Source: an uncultured virus (IMG/VR IMGVR_UViG_2061766007_000148) (Duplodnaviria; Heunggongvirae; Uroviricota; Caudoviricetes). From it: a stretch of 64,000 nt of DNA. Under the pieces are notes generated by a model. That model did not search any database. It worked only from the letters and a program-made list of their open reading frames with translations, and was not told the origin of the DNA. Both the position numbers and the translations under genes were made by a program. The DNA lies in the IMG/VR virus record IMGVR_UViG_2061766007_000148; one strand, given 5' to 3'. This document shows, one piece after another, positions 10,020-20,200 of the stretch (position 1 is its first letter; each line of letters starts with the position of its first letter).

Positions 10020-10461
10020 ACCGATACTCCGTTTTTTCCTTGTTTTGAGGTATATCAATCGAGATTGTTCTGCCTTTGCTCAGCGCTTCAAGCGCATCAA
10101 GGTATGCTTCCCTTTTTGCACGCATATACATGAATCCGTCAATTGTTTTTGTGTAAATGTCCCAAACATCATCAAGACGTTCATATGCGGATCTCATGCA
10201 GATTTCCGCGGATTCCAAAGATTTCAGAAGTTTTTCGTCTTCGGCGGTAACTCCTTTTTCAACTCTCAGGATGTCGCTTTCGACGGCATATGCGAGTTTT
10301 GAACGGGCATTTTCGATTGCCTTGAGTTTGCTGTAAACAAGGTATCTCGGTAAAGGTAAATCCGCGGGTTCACTGTCGGAGACAATTTCACCCAAAAGTC
10401 CGAATCCGTAAGGACTGATATGTTTCTCCGCATCGTTGTTTACGGTCTGGTTATCGGGCAT
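10012..10461 (-). CDS. helical paralogue family F4 protein
   Basis: ISPYGFGLLGEI and VTAEDEKLLKSL motifs; TAATG coupling. Confidence 0.7.
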   Translation of the reverse strand: MPDNQTVNNDAEKHISPYGFGLLGEIVSDSEPADLPLPRYLVYSKLKAIENARSKLAYAVESDILRVEKGVTAEDEKLLKSLESAEICMRSAYERLDDVWDIYTKTIDGFMYMRAKREAYLDALEALSKGRTISIDIPQNKEKTEYRYE

Positions 10462-10709
10462 TATGCCGCCTCCGGCATCATGTAAATCGTGCGGTTGCTG
10501 ATACGAATCAGCGAGAATTTGTTGTTGAGGACTCTTCCGATTCTTTGCGAAGTTCTCCGCGAAAAATACCATCTGTTGTAGAGGCAGATGTCCTTGTGAG
10601 ATATATAATTCGAACCGTCATCCCTTATCATCTCCACGGCTTTGAGAACTGAGGTCTCAAAATCGTAGGGGTCTTCGGGCGGTTCCGTGAATCCTCTTGT
10701 CCACTTCAT
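10461..10709 (-). CDS. small basic protein, possible winged-helix DNA binder
   Basis: ISHKDIC...TSQRIGRVL helix pattern followed by a beta hairpin. Confidence 0.5.
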   Translation of the reverse strand: MKWTRGFTEPPEDPYDFETSVLKAVEMIRDDGSNYISHKDICLYNRWYFSRRTSQRIGRVLNNKFSLIRISNRTIYMMPEAA

Positions 10710-11092
10710 GAGTTCTCAACTCCGTGAATGGGTTCGACGTGCGTCATAAATCCTACCCGGATAAATTTTACATTGCGGGGGTCTCCGTGTCTCTTTGTGA
10801 GCGGTCTGAATTTACAGATATTTGCGTAAATCCAAATGATTTTCCCCTCTATACCCAATTCCAATTTTTCGTTCCTCATATGCAGAGCTTGCAGATATGC
10901 ATCGCGCCATCCCGTAAACTCTGTGGGAAGGTTGTCGTTCCAGACTATCTGATCGGTAAATCCTTCGCGTCCGCGTATATTGCCGAGCCAATCACAATAT
11001 TCATACGTGCTTGTCACGTCAATGGTATATGCGGGAGTGTCGGAGTTTGGCGATCCTGTCATCACTGTATCATCACATAATGTATCGTTCAT
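10706..11092 (-). CDS. hypothetical protein resembling 6109-6609
   Basis: LPTEFTGWRDAYLQA motif. Confidence 0.7.
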   Translation of the reverse strand: MNDTLCDDTVMTGSPNSDTPAYTIDVTSTYEYCDWLGNIRGREGFTDQIVWNDNLPTEFTGWRDAYLQALHMRNEKLELGIEGKIIWIYANICKFRPLTKRHGDPRNVKFIRVGFMTHVEPIHGVENS

Positions 11093-11119
11093 TTTATCTC
11101 TCCGAATTGTTATTCGGGG

Positions 11120-11368
11120 TCAGTTTTCAACATTTTCAACAATACAACCGTTGAAGTTTTTGCGCATTGCGGTGTAGTCCACATCCTGCGTCCTTTCCCA
11201 ACTGTCCACAATCAGTTTCCAGATATAATTTGATCGGGTGCGCAGTTCTTTTTCGGCGCGCCTGTCAATCTCGATTACGAGTTCTTCAGGTAATCTGACT
11301 GTGATGGTTGTAGTTTTCAGAAGTTTCTGCTCATCGTTTTGAGCTGTTAAATCGTTTTTTTGTACCAT
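11120..11368 (-). CDS. ribbon-helix-helix (CopG/Arc/MetJ-type) regulator
   Basis: TITVRLPEELVIEIDRRAEKELRTRSNYIWKLI is a classic RHH signature; GGTGA RBS before ATG 11368. Confidence 0.85.
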   Translation of the reverse strand: MVQKNDLTAQNDEQKLLKTTTITVRLPEELVIEIDRRAEKELRTRSNYIWKLIVDSWERTQDVDYTAMRKNFNGCIVENVEN

Positions 11369-11529
11369 GATTATCACCACATAATCCGAACGGTCGTGAA
11401 CTGTCTTAGACATATACACAAATTCAGACAACTGTGATTAAATGTATATTATTGTTGTAAGTATATATTACTATTGCATACATTTGATGCTGCGTGTTAT
11501 CAATTTGATATATATATCTACACATAAAT
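11369..11529. promoter_or_regulatory. divergent promoter region between two RHH genes
   Basis: AT-rich, with TATA-like runs and inverted repeats AAATGTAT/ATACATTT and TATCAA-T-TTGATA. Confidence 0.55.
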
Positions 11530-11838
11530 ATGCTATGCATGGAAAAAGATTGCAGAATGGTGTTTCGTGTGTCTAAAAGTTTGTACGACCAGTGTTTTTC
11601 CTTAGCAAAGGAGAATTCTCAGACACTTGCTGGATGGACTCGGCAGGCAATGAAAGAGAAAGCCGAACGTGAGTTATCTCAGAAAAATGCGATAGATAAA
11701 ATCTCTTATGTCCTGAAGACCGAGGAATCGGATACATCCGAGGATTTGAATCTCGTTAAGGATGCCGAGCTGATTAAACTGATTTATAATAATCTGATTG
11801 ATCAGAAAATTGAGGAATTGAGGAAATCCAAAAAATAA
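11530..11838 (+). CDS. RHH-type regulator
   Basis: RMVFRVSKSLYDQCFSLAKENSQTLAGWTRQAMKE shows a beta-alpha-alpha pattern. Confidence 0.7.
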   Translation: MLCMEKDCRMVFRVSKSLYDQCFSLAKENSQTLAGWTRQAMKEKAERELSQKNAIDKISYVLKTEESDTSEDLNLVKDAELIKLIYNNLIDQKIEELRKSKK

Positions 11839-11856
11839 TTATCGTTAAGCAGATTT

Positions 11857-11891
11857 TGAACTGTTGCATTTTTTGCAACAGTTCATTTTTT
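11857..11891. terminator. hairpin between convergent genes
   Basis: perfect 12-bp inverted repeat TGAACTGTTGCA/TGCAACAGTTCA with a 5-nt loop, followed by a T-run. Confidence 0.6.
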
Positions 11892-11900
11892 GCGGGAAGG

Positions 11901-12470
11901 CTATGCTTTCAGGAACATCATTATTTCCGCGTCCAGTCCTTCCGCGATGTAGGATGCGACATCTCCGTAACCGCGGACGGTCACCGTTAAATTATTGAAA
12001 TCATTGTGGTTTATGAATTCCGCGGGGGATTTCTCCGCGAGTTGTACATATTTTTCAGGCGGATTGATTGCGAATTTTATAACCGCGTTTCCCTTCTTTG
12101 TGCTGACCTTGTAGATAGTGGATCCGTCTTCGCACTCATCACCCCAACCAATTCCAAATTTCTTCATGAGATAATCCATGAATTTTTGAATGGTCGGGAT
12201 TTTGAGTGAGGTAGTGTATCTCAGGGTTTTAACCTTCTCCGGGATGTCGGCTGCGTAGATGTCTGCGGCAAACACGGTCACTCCTTCCGTACCCCTATTC
12301 AGACGCGAGTACAGGTCGCCGAGGAATTCATCCGCGTTATCTCCATTGAATCTCAGGACGGCGCCGCGGGGTTTTTCTATCTCCGCGCGGTCTTTCCATC
12401 GTTCGATTGTGTAATCTATGCGTTTTCGTTCGGCATCGTTTTCGTAGTCAATGACAATTATGTATTCCAT
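11901..12470 (-). CDS. archaeal-type conserved hypothetical protein
   Basis: VIDYENDAERKRIDY N-terminus resembles euryarchaeal hypotheticals; own TATA-like promoter near 12495. Confidence 0.7.
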   Translation of the reverse strand: MEYIIVIDYENDAERKRIDYTIERWKDRAEIEKPRGAVLRFNGDNADEFLGDLYSRLNRGTEGVTVFAADIYAADIPEKVKTLRYTTSLKIPTIQKFMDYLMKKFGIGWGDECEDGSTIYKVSTKKGNAVIKFAINPPEKYVQLAEKSPAEFINHNDFNNLTVTVRGYGDVASYIAEGLDAEIMMFLKA

Positions 12471-12738
12471 GGTCTATTGTATGTGTTCGGAGAATATATA
12501 ATTATCTCCGTTTTGGATGAATTATTGTTTGAGATGNNNNNNNNNNNNNNNNNNNNNNNNNNNTTATGGGGGTCTCAGACGGCGCCTCCGAGGTTAAAGA
12601 AAGAGAGAGAAAAGCGGCGCAAAAGAGAGAGAAAGAAATTCTATCTTTTCGGGCTGTGATACATCTTTGTCGGCATTTCAGTTTAGGCATTTTTTGCCCC
12701 GACTCAATTTCACAAATCCGGGTTTGATGTATCCCGAA

Positions 12739-12764
12739 TTATAATGTATTTTTATTAATTCCCT
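12739..12764 (+). promoter_or_regulatory. conserved virus promoter, copy 1
   Basis: TTATAATGTATTTTTATTAATTCCCT upstream of 12809. Confidence 0.8.
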
Positions 12765-12808
12765 GTTTCTAACATATATTTCGGAATAATTGTTCCAAGG
12801 GGGAAAAT

Positions 12809-13255
12809 ATGCCTAATTACAATAAAGCAAATCAAAATGTAAAATCACAGAGGGTTAGAAAAGTTATAGAAACTACTTTTTATGGATACCCTTGCTATAA
12901 ACTCGGAGATTGGAAAATAATTAAAAATATAAGGTCTTTTTGGGGGGATGTGTTTTCACTTGTATCATACCAAAATAATTTTAAGTATCTGACACACAAT
13001 GGTGATAGTAATGAGGTATATATTATTTATGGTAATCCAAACGATCCGGGTTCAAGAGATATTGGATATTTAGGGGTGTCTCCAAGACGAATTATAAAAC
13101 TACTTACTACACCAATATCTCCAAAAGAAAAGTATTGGTATATACTTGAGAATGATCCCAAGATCGAAGCAAGATCTGAGCGTATTGTTCCAAACGTGTA
13201 TAGACAGAGATTGCCTGATGAGTTAAGTAAGTATCTTTTAAAAAGGACATATTAA
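12809..13255 (+). CDS. family F1 small basic protein
   Basis: GDWKI, LTHNG and LGVSPRRIIKLL motifs; GGGGGA RBS. Confidence 0.75.
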   Translation: MPNYNKANQNVKSQRVRKVIETTFYGYPCYKLGDWKIIKNIRSFWGDVFSLVSYQNNFKYLTHNGDSNEVYIIYGNPNDPGSRDIGYLGVSPRRIIKLLTTPISPKEKYWYILENDPKIEARSERIVPNVYRQRLPDELSKYLLKRTY

Positions 13256-13274
13256 CAAAAGGGGGGAATTTAAA

Positions 13275-13487
13275 ATGATGCATAACAAAATTGAGAAAAT
13301 GATTAGTACTTTGGAATCGACCAATGAACTTATTCGGCGGTTTTACAGCCATACTTATCATATGACAAAAGAAGAAAAAGATTTGCAGAAAATATATGAG
13401 AAAAATTTAACTAAATTAGATAAAGAGATTACGAAATTTCACTTCAAAGTTTTTGATGACTATATGTCAAAGAAATACAGATTCTAA
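13275..13487 (+). CDS. small helical basic protein
   Basis: GGGGGGA RBS; T8 run downstream. Confidence 0.65.
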   Translation: MMHNKIEKMISTLESTNELIRRFYSHTYHMTKEEKDLQKIYEKNLTKLDKEITKFHFKVFDDYMSKKYRF

Positions 13488-13595
13488 ACACTTTTTTTTG
13501 CAGACGATACATTTATTACTTTTGATGTTTATAGAATCTCATCAACTATGCTTGACGATAACATTGATCAAAGATGTCTCCCCGGTGGATGCTAC

Positions 13596-13730
13596 ATGAA
13601 TACTCAGGTAGATCCGACGGATGTTGAGGTTGAGGAAGAACCGGATGACTGGTTTTCGAGAAACAAACTGTTTGTATTCATCGGATGTCTCATATTTGTG
13701 AGATGGTTATGGGGATACATGGGCTGGTAA
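13596..13730 (+). CDS. small tail-anchored membrane peptide
   Basis: acidic N-terminus and C-terminal TM segment; start uncertain. Confidence 0.45.
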   Translation: MNTQVDPTDVEVEEEPDDWFSRNKLFVFIGCLIFVRWLWGYMGW

Positions 13731-13741
13731 TTATGAACTCT

Positions 13742-13769
13742 GATACTATCAATATAATTTGATAGTATC
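13742..13769. repeat. perfect 11-6-11 inverted repeat
   Basis: GATACTATCAA-TATAAT-TTGATAGTATC. Confidence 0.8.
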
Positions 13770-13772
13770 TTT

Positions 13773-14213
13773 TTGAATACTTTTATTGACTTTAAGAGCT
13801 GTTTTTCTATGGTTTTTTCAAAATCAAATATGATTTATTCATATTGCAGATGGATTGAGTCTGAGATAACTCAGTCGGATGTTAACGGTTGGCTTGAGAT
13901 AACCACTCCGTTTCTTGATTGCGATAATGACTGTATTTCGGTTTATGTCAAAATAGAGTCTGACAAAATAATACTATCAGATTTTTCTGAATGTATCGAC
14001 AGTCTGCTTTTTTCGGGGTGTGATATTGAGAATGAGCATTTCAGAAAATGCATAGAGATTACCGCAAATCGGTTTGGCATCCGTTTTAGTGAGGATTATG
14101 ATCTGACTGCCGAGGTAACTCTTGACAAATTCCCGCAAAAGTTCAATGATCTGGTACAGTGTGTGGCTGCGATAAGCAATTACCGTATTTTCGCATGGGA
14201 ACCGAGCGATTAA
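13773..14213 (+). CDS. DUF1828-like protein
   Basis: EITTPFLD.DND.I.VYV....IILSD motif characteristic of DUF1828; true start probably 13809-13830. Confidence 0.75.
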   Translation: MNTFIDFKSCFSMVFSKSNMIYSYCRWIESEITQSDVNGWLEITTPFLDCDNDCISVYVKIESDKIILSDFSECIDSLLFSGCDIENEHFRKCIEITANRFGIRFSEDYDLTAEVTLDKFPQKFNDLVQCVAAISNYRIFAWEPSD

Positions 14214-14225
14214 AAAAAAGAATTT

Positions 14226-17200
14226 TTAGAATTTGAAGTCTATCGGAACATCAAACGGATTATACAACTTCTTTTTTGTGGCGGGTTTTTGCTTTTTTGC
14301 GGATTGTTTACCCGTCGGGGTTTTGGCGCCCGTCGGGGATAAAAACTCCCCGAAACTCGGAAGATTCAGGTTATTCAAATTGAATAAATCATCTCCCTTA
14401 AGGGGATTTTTATCACGTTTCTTATTTCCTTTTACATTCGCTGTTTTCTTCTTATTCGGTGTTCCCGGCTTGCGCGTTGTAAGCGTGTTGCCGTACTGGT
14501 AGAATGTCTGCTTGTTTGCAGGCAGCNNNNNNNNNNNNNNNNNCCCGTCAGAGCCTCGAAACCGCGGACAATCGGGATTTCCGTGTTCTCCAGATTGAAG
14601 ATGTTATAATCCATACGACGCTTTTTGTCTTGCGGGTTATCCCAAGGAATTCTTTTGGGTGTCTTCTTCTTTGTCGGCGGTGTTTTCGTCGTTGGAGGCA
14701 CAATTACCGGAGGTTTGGATGGCGGTATTTTTGTCGGCGGTCTTGTCGGTACCGATGGCGGTGATTTCGTCGTCGGAGGTTTTGACGGCACAGATGGTGT
14801 TGATGGTACCGATGGTATGGACGGTCTTGACGGTACCGATGGCACAGATGGTCTTGACGGTATCGATGGCGGCGGTGACTTTTTCGTTGGCGGTGTTGAT
14901 GTCAGAGATGTTAATATTGACGGCACGGACGGCGGGGATTTCTTTGTCGGGGGTTTTGATACCTGTGTTGTCGTTTTTGTTATGGACGGTGTGGATGTTG
15001 TTTTTGTTGTGCCTTTTTTTGAATATCTGCCGAAGATATCCCCAGACTCTATTTTCTTTGGACTGCGTGGTGAGAAGAAATCCGGCAAATTATACTCAAA
15101 GTTGAATGGATTTTGGGATGTTTCTTTAGATTTATCCTCAGACTTTGCCGAATATAACGGGCTTGCCATGAGAGGATTACCTGATTTTGATCTGGTNNNN
15201 NNNNNNNNNNNNNNNNNNNAAATTGATAATTTATTTCAAAAAAATCTTTCTCTGCTTTATCGAGATATCTATACATATCATTTAATTCATTTATGACATA
15301 ATTCAGATCATCTTTAAGTTCATCAGGGATATTTTTTTGATAAGATTTACTATTTAATTGATTCAGCTTGCTACGTACTCTCTGTTTTAACACAGATGGA
15401 TCACCCAAATTAATTATATTAAAAGCATTTAATCCACCATTTTCTGTAAGATCTTTCTTTACAGCATAAAATTTGGTAAAAATATCTCTTAGTTTATCAT
15501 CTTCTGCAATGTCATATTTAGATGGAGTATATCCTTTATTAATTACAGATAATTTGACATCCGTATGCTTTTTACCTTTTGGAATTGTTCCTACTGTATT
15601 TACCGCAACCCTCTTTCCATTGAGTATGGTATAACCTGTATCGTCAAGTATTTCAAATTCTAAGCCGGGTCTTGCAGTAATTTCATCTTCTGCTAATATG
15701 GGTGCTTGTTTTGCGGTTTTTGCGGATACCGCGGCATATTGATCGGGGCTTAGATTTTTGTGCAGATACTCGGCGGTTTTCTTCTCCCCCATACCTAAAG
15801 GTACCTCTCCCAATTCCCGAGTACTCAATATATTCATTATTTCGGGTGGTTCGTAATAATCAGGTATCATATTCCAAGAAAATTCCTTATCCGTATATTT
15901 GTTCTTATCAAGGTATGTTCTTGCAAATCTTACAGATCCTGATGCCGCTGCCGATCCTGAGTATGCCTCATCTTCTTTATATTGAGTCCCTCGAACTTTA
16001 GAAATTCCTTTACGAATTTCTGTGGGTGGTTTGCTCTGTACACGTATTGCATGTGTTATGGCATTCGGGGATTCAAGACCCTGTGCAAGCATTCTAAGTT
16101 GGGCTTCCCCTCCCTTTTTATATGCGTCAACATATTCCTTTATATTCAAAGGATCAGCCGGATTGTAGTATCTGAGCGGGAATCTTACATCTCCACTAAT
16201 CACATCTGGATGTGCAATTATTGTGGGTGGTATGTATCTGTCACGCTTACTGAAAGCATTCCATTCATAAAATTTATTCAAACTCTTTCCGCTGAGTTTT
16301 GCACCTACAAGCATCGGCGCGATTTCCTTAGACAGAACCTCTTGCGGTGTTGTTTCATTATTTGCAATCCTTGTCGCAACGGATTGAATGTATGTTGCTG
16401 TCATGAACAGACCTAACGGGACACCTACAACGGTATTGGAATTCAGATTCTCACGGATTTTTTCAAGAATGTCCACAACCTGTGGGTCTTTCTTGAATTT
16501 CTTTGCCGTTGCTTTGATTGCTTTCTCTCCCTGTTCCGGTGAGGAGTTTATGCCGAATTTATCAATACGGATAACATCCCCCTTAAAGGGTTTGGTTGTG
16601 CCGCCGTGTAACTTCTTGAATTGTTCGTAATTCGCCATAATTGTCTCATATGCCTCATCTCCGTAGGATTTCAGGAATTTTTGGAATGTCTTTAATGCTT
16701 TCAGACCTTCTTTCCTTTCTTTTGCATTAGGTGAGAGCAACATCTGATTAATCTGATCCATTGTTCCGAATGAAAAGTCCTGTAAATCTTTTGCACGGTC
16801 TTCTTTACGCGGCTGTAACCATCCGACACCGGGCTTTCCCTCTCCAAATGCTTCCGGGTATTTTGAATACGCTTTAGGGGGCGTAAAGTTAAATAATGCT
16901 GTTTCTTTGTTTATATTCTGTTGTGACATTGTTGTGGTAGTTATTTCAGAACCACGAATTTTTGCGGGTAACTCTGTCTTTACACCCATACCTGAGAAAA
17001 TACCGTCACTTCCAAACTGACCCATGGAGTGTGCATCAAAAAATTCTTCTCCTGTATCTTTAAACAGAATTTTATTCCCCTTGACGTACACAATTTCTCG
17101 TCCTTCTATCTCATTGATTCTCTTTGCAAGAGTTTCTACAAAGTCTTTTGGGTTTTCGACGAATAAATCAAAGTCATTCGGGTTTCTCGCCAATCCGCCT

Positions 17201-20200
17201 CCACCTAATTCCCAACCCTGACCGAATTGTGTAAGTGATGATTGTGAATGAGCTTTAAATTCATTCATTGTCTTAACAATCGCTTTACTGACTTTTTCAG
17301 GGAATTTAAAGATGTTTTTGGCAGTTACTACTTTTCTTACATGCGGCTCAAAAGATTGTATCACAACGGGGCTTGCGTATTGCATATGTTTATTTAACTC
17401 TGTAATGTATTTGAGTCTGGTGAGCGCATTTTGAAGTGATTTCTGGTAGGATTCTTTGTCTTTAAATCCCAACCCCCAAATCTGATTACCATTTTTTTTG
17501 CTATCTTTGAGAAGATTTTGAATCGCACCCTTAACATATGAGGTTTCAACCGCGGATTTTGGAATGTATCCCTCTATGTTTTTACGGGCAGTTTGATCAT
17601 ATATTAGCAATCCGGGGGCAAATTTCGGGGTGCCTAAATAAACCTTATCTGCAAAGCCCATATTTGAATTACTGACTTTAGTAATCAATGGTTGAGCAAT
17701 ATCAAGGTTTTTCACATGCCTGACTAAAGATAACGATTTAGCCGTACCGCCCGGAAGGTTAACGACAGTATATTGAAGCCCAACCGGACTCTTGGGAAGG
17801 TTATCAGTCAGACTTTCGAGGTATTTCAGGCTTTTCTGCTTTAATGCAGAGTTATTAAGCGGATCTATGACTGTATGATATACTCTCGGCGCCGCTTTGC
17901 TTCCGGCTCTGAATGCCGCACCGATACCGCCTGTCAGGGCATATGATGCTAAATATTGAGCGCCGTAACTTGCGGGGTCTTTGTAAAATTCGTCATAATC
18001 AAAAAGACTGTATGCTAACGGCGGGCTGTCGTATAGTTTTTCTCNNNNNNNNNNNNNNNNNNTTAGGAGTCTCCCCCCATAGTTGACCCCATGCATCTCC
18101 CAATTTATCTTGAGATCTGCGAATCGGTAATGTGACGGGGTTTATATAATCTAATGTGTTTAATGCGGGTTTGATATATTTGGGATCGGGCAATACGGTG
18201 TGCACTATTTCTTTTGCCCCATGTGGGATACCGCCGTAGATATCCTTATCCAACTGCTCTTTTTCTTTGTGTTTTTCGGTGAGTTTTTTGTATTCGGCAT
18301 TCAAATCCTCCGAGGCTTTGTTCATGTCGGTTTCGACCTGCTTAAAGCGATCCATGATGTCCGGGGTTGCTCTCGAAGACCATCTCAGATTTGTGTATGC
18401 GTCTATGTTTTTGTCGGGATTTTCCGCGTCCGAATAGAGTGTTTCGCGTTTGTTCCCGTCGGCAATCAGGGCGCCGCTGCCGACAAGCTCATCCACGGTC
18501 TCGGCATACTTTTTTGTACTCGGATACAGACCGGCAACGGCTCTGCCGCTGTCGTCGGTGCCGCCTTCGGAAAGAAGACCGATTCTGGAATATATATCGT
18601 TTAACTCCTTATCCAGATTCATCTGGTCGAAGATTGATTTTGTCCGCTCTTTCGGGGTGTGGTCACGTTCCGTGTATTTCGGCACCGATGACAGGTCTTT
18701 GTCCTTAAGAGCGAACATGTCACGGGATGTCTGCGCCGCCGACATAAACGGCGATCCTGTCTCCGTGAAAGTCGGCTTTACCGACGGTGCGGGTGTGCTT
18801 TCAAAGTCCGCAAAAGGTTCGGATGACTCATCGATATCGGTTTTGGATGTGAATTCGACATTATCTCCGAAATCTTTGGGAGTTTTACCGAATGCGCCGC
18901 CGAAAAGGTTTTTGCCGCCGAAACTCTCTGCGGGTTTTTCGCCGAAATCATCCCCTTCGGGGATTTCCTCGGCAAAGTCTTCTCCCTCGCCGTCCGCGTC
19001 CGCAAATTCTCCCTCATCGTAATCGCCCTCATCAAAGCCCTCATCGTCGATGTTGCCCCCCGCATAACCGCCGTNNNNNNNNNNNNNNNNNNNNNNNNNN
19101 NNNNNNNNNNNNNNNNNNNNNNNNNNNNNNNNNNNNNNNNNNNNNNNNNNNNNNNNNNNNNNNNNNNNNNNNNNNNNNNNNNCCAAACCCGCCTCGGCTC
19201 TCATGCGGTTAACCGTCGAAAGGAACCCTTCCTGATCCTTATCCGTATAGCCCTCAAAACGCTGTTGACGAGCCATCGCGGATTTATCCGCGGGGGGGGN
19301 NNNNNNNNNNNNNNNNNNNNNNNNNNNNNNNNNNNNNNNNNNNNNNNNNNNNNNNNNNNNNNNNNNNNNNNNNNNNNNNNNNNNNNNNNNNNNNNNNNNN
19401 NNNNNNNNNNNNNNNNNNNNNNNNNNNNNNNNNNNNNNNNNNNNNNNNNNGGTTGAATGTTTCCTCGTTAAACGGCACATCGAGTTTCTTAAGCGCCGAC
19501 GGAAGCCCTTCGGCATTATCCCCGGACGCGACGATATCCCCCGCCCATCCGTAGATTGCAAACCTGCCGCCGCGGTCACTCGTGCGGAGTGTGTAACGCT
19601 GTTTTCCGTCACGGGAAATCAGAATGTACTCATCGGTTGCGGTATCGGGTGCGGCTTTGAAACGGCTGTATGACGATGAATCTCTTCCCTCCATCATTGC
19701 TCTGTTTGCGGTTTCTCCCCCCGCGCTTGTCCAGTCAGTGTTGCCGTATTCCTTTTCCGTTGCCGCCTGTTCTCTGAAGAATGCGTCTGATGACAGGTCA
19801 AGTTTGTTGCCGTCGCCGACTTTCAGAATTGATTCGACATAGTTTGGATTGTTATTCAACTGTGCCTGAACCTCAGCGTTTTGTCTCGCAAACAATCTCT
19901 CATTTGCCTCACGCTGACGTTCTTCTTCGGGGTCTACCGAGTATTGGACAAGATTTCCGTTTTTATCCGGTCTGAATTTCCCAAAATTCGGATCGTTCTC
20001 ATCCTCGACAACATATCCCGTAACACCTACATCCCCCGCTTCAAGAGCGTTTAATCTTGCTTTTCGCAGTGTGTCCAATGCCTCTGTGCCGCCAGACTGA
20101 TTTGCGGCAATTGCCGCACGGGTTTTGGCATCAAGATCACTTGATTTATCTTTTGCCTGAAGTTCAGTTTTTACGGTTCTGTTTTCCTCTATTGCCCTTG

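Noticed and set aside
14625..15296. 223-aa Gly/Asp/Val-rich plus-strand ORF (also 14233-14502 and 18450-19022)
   Set aside because: These are antisense shadows of the low-complexity minus-strand giant ORF, with no RBS or promoter.
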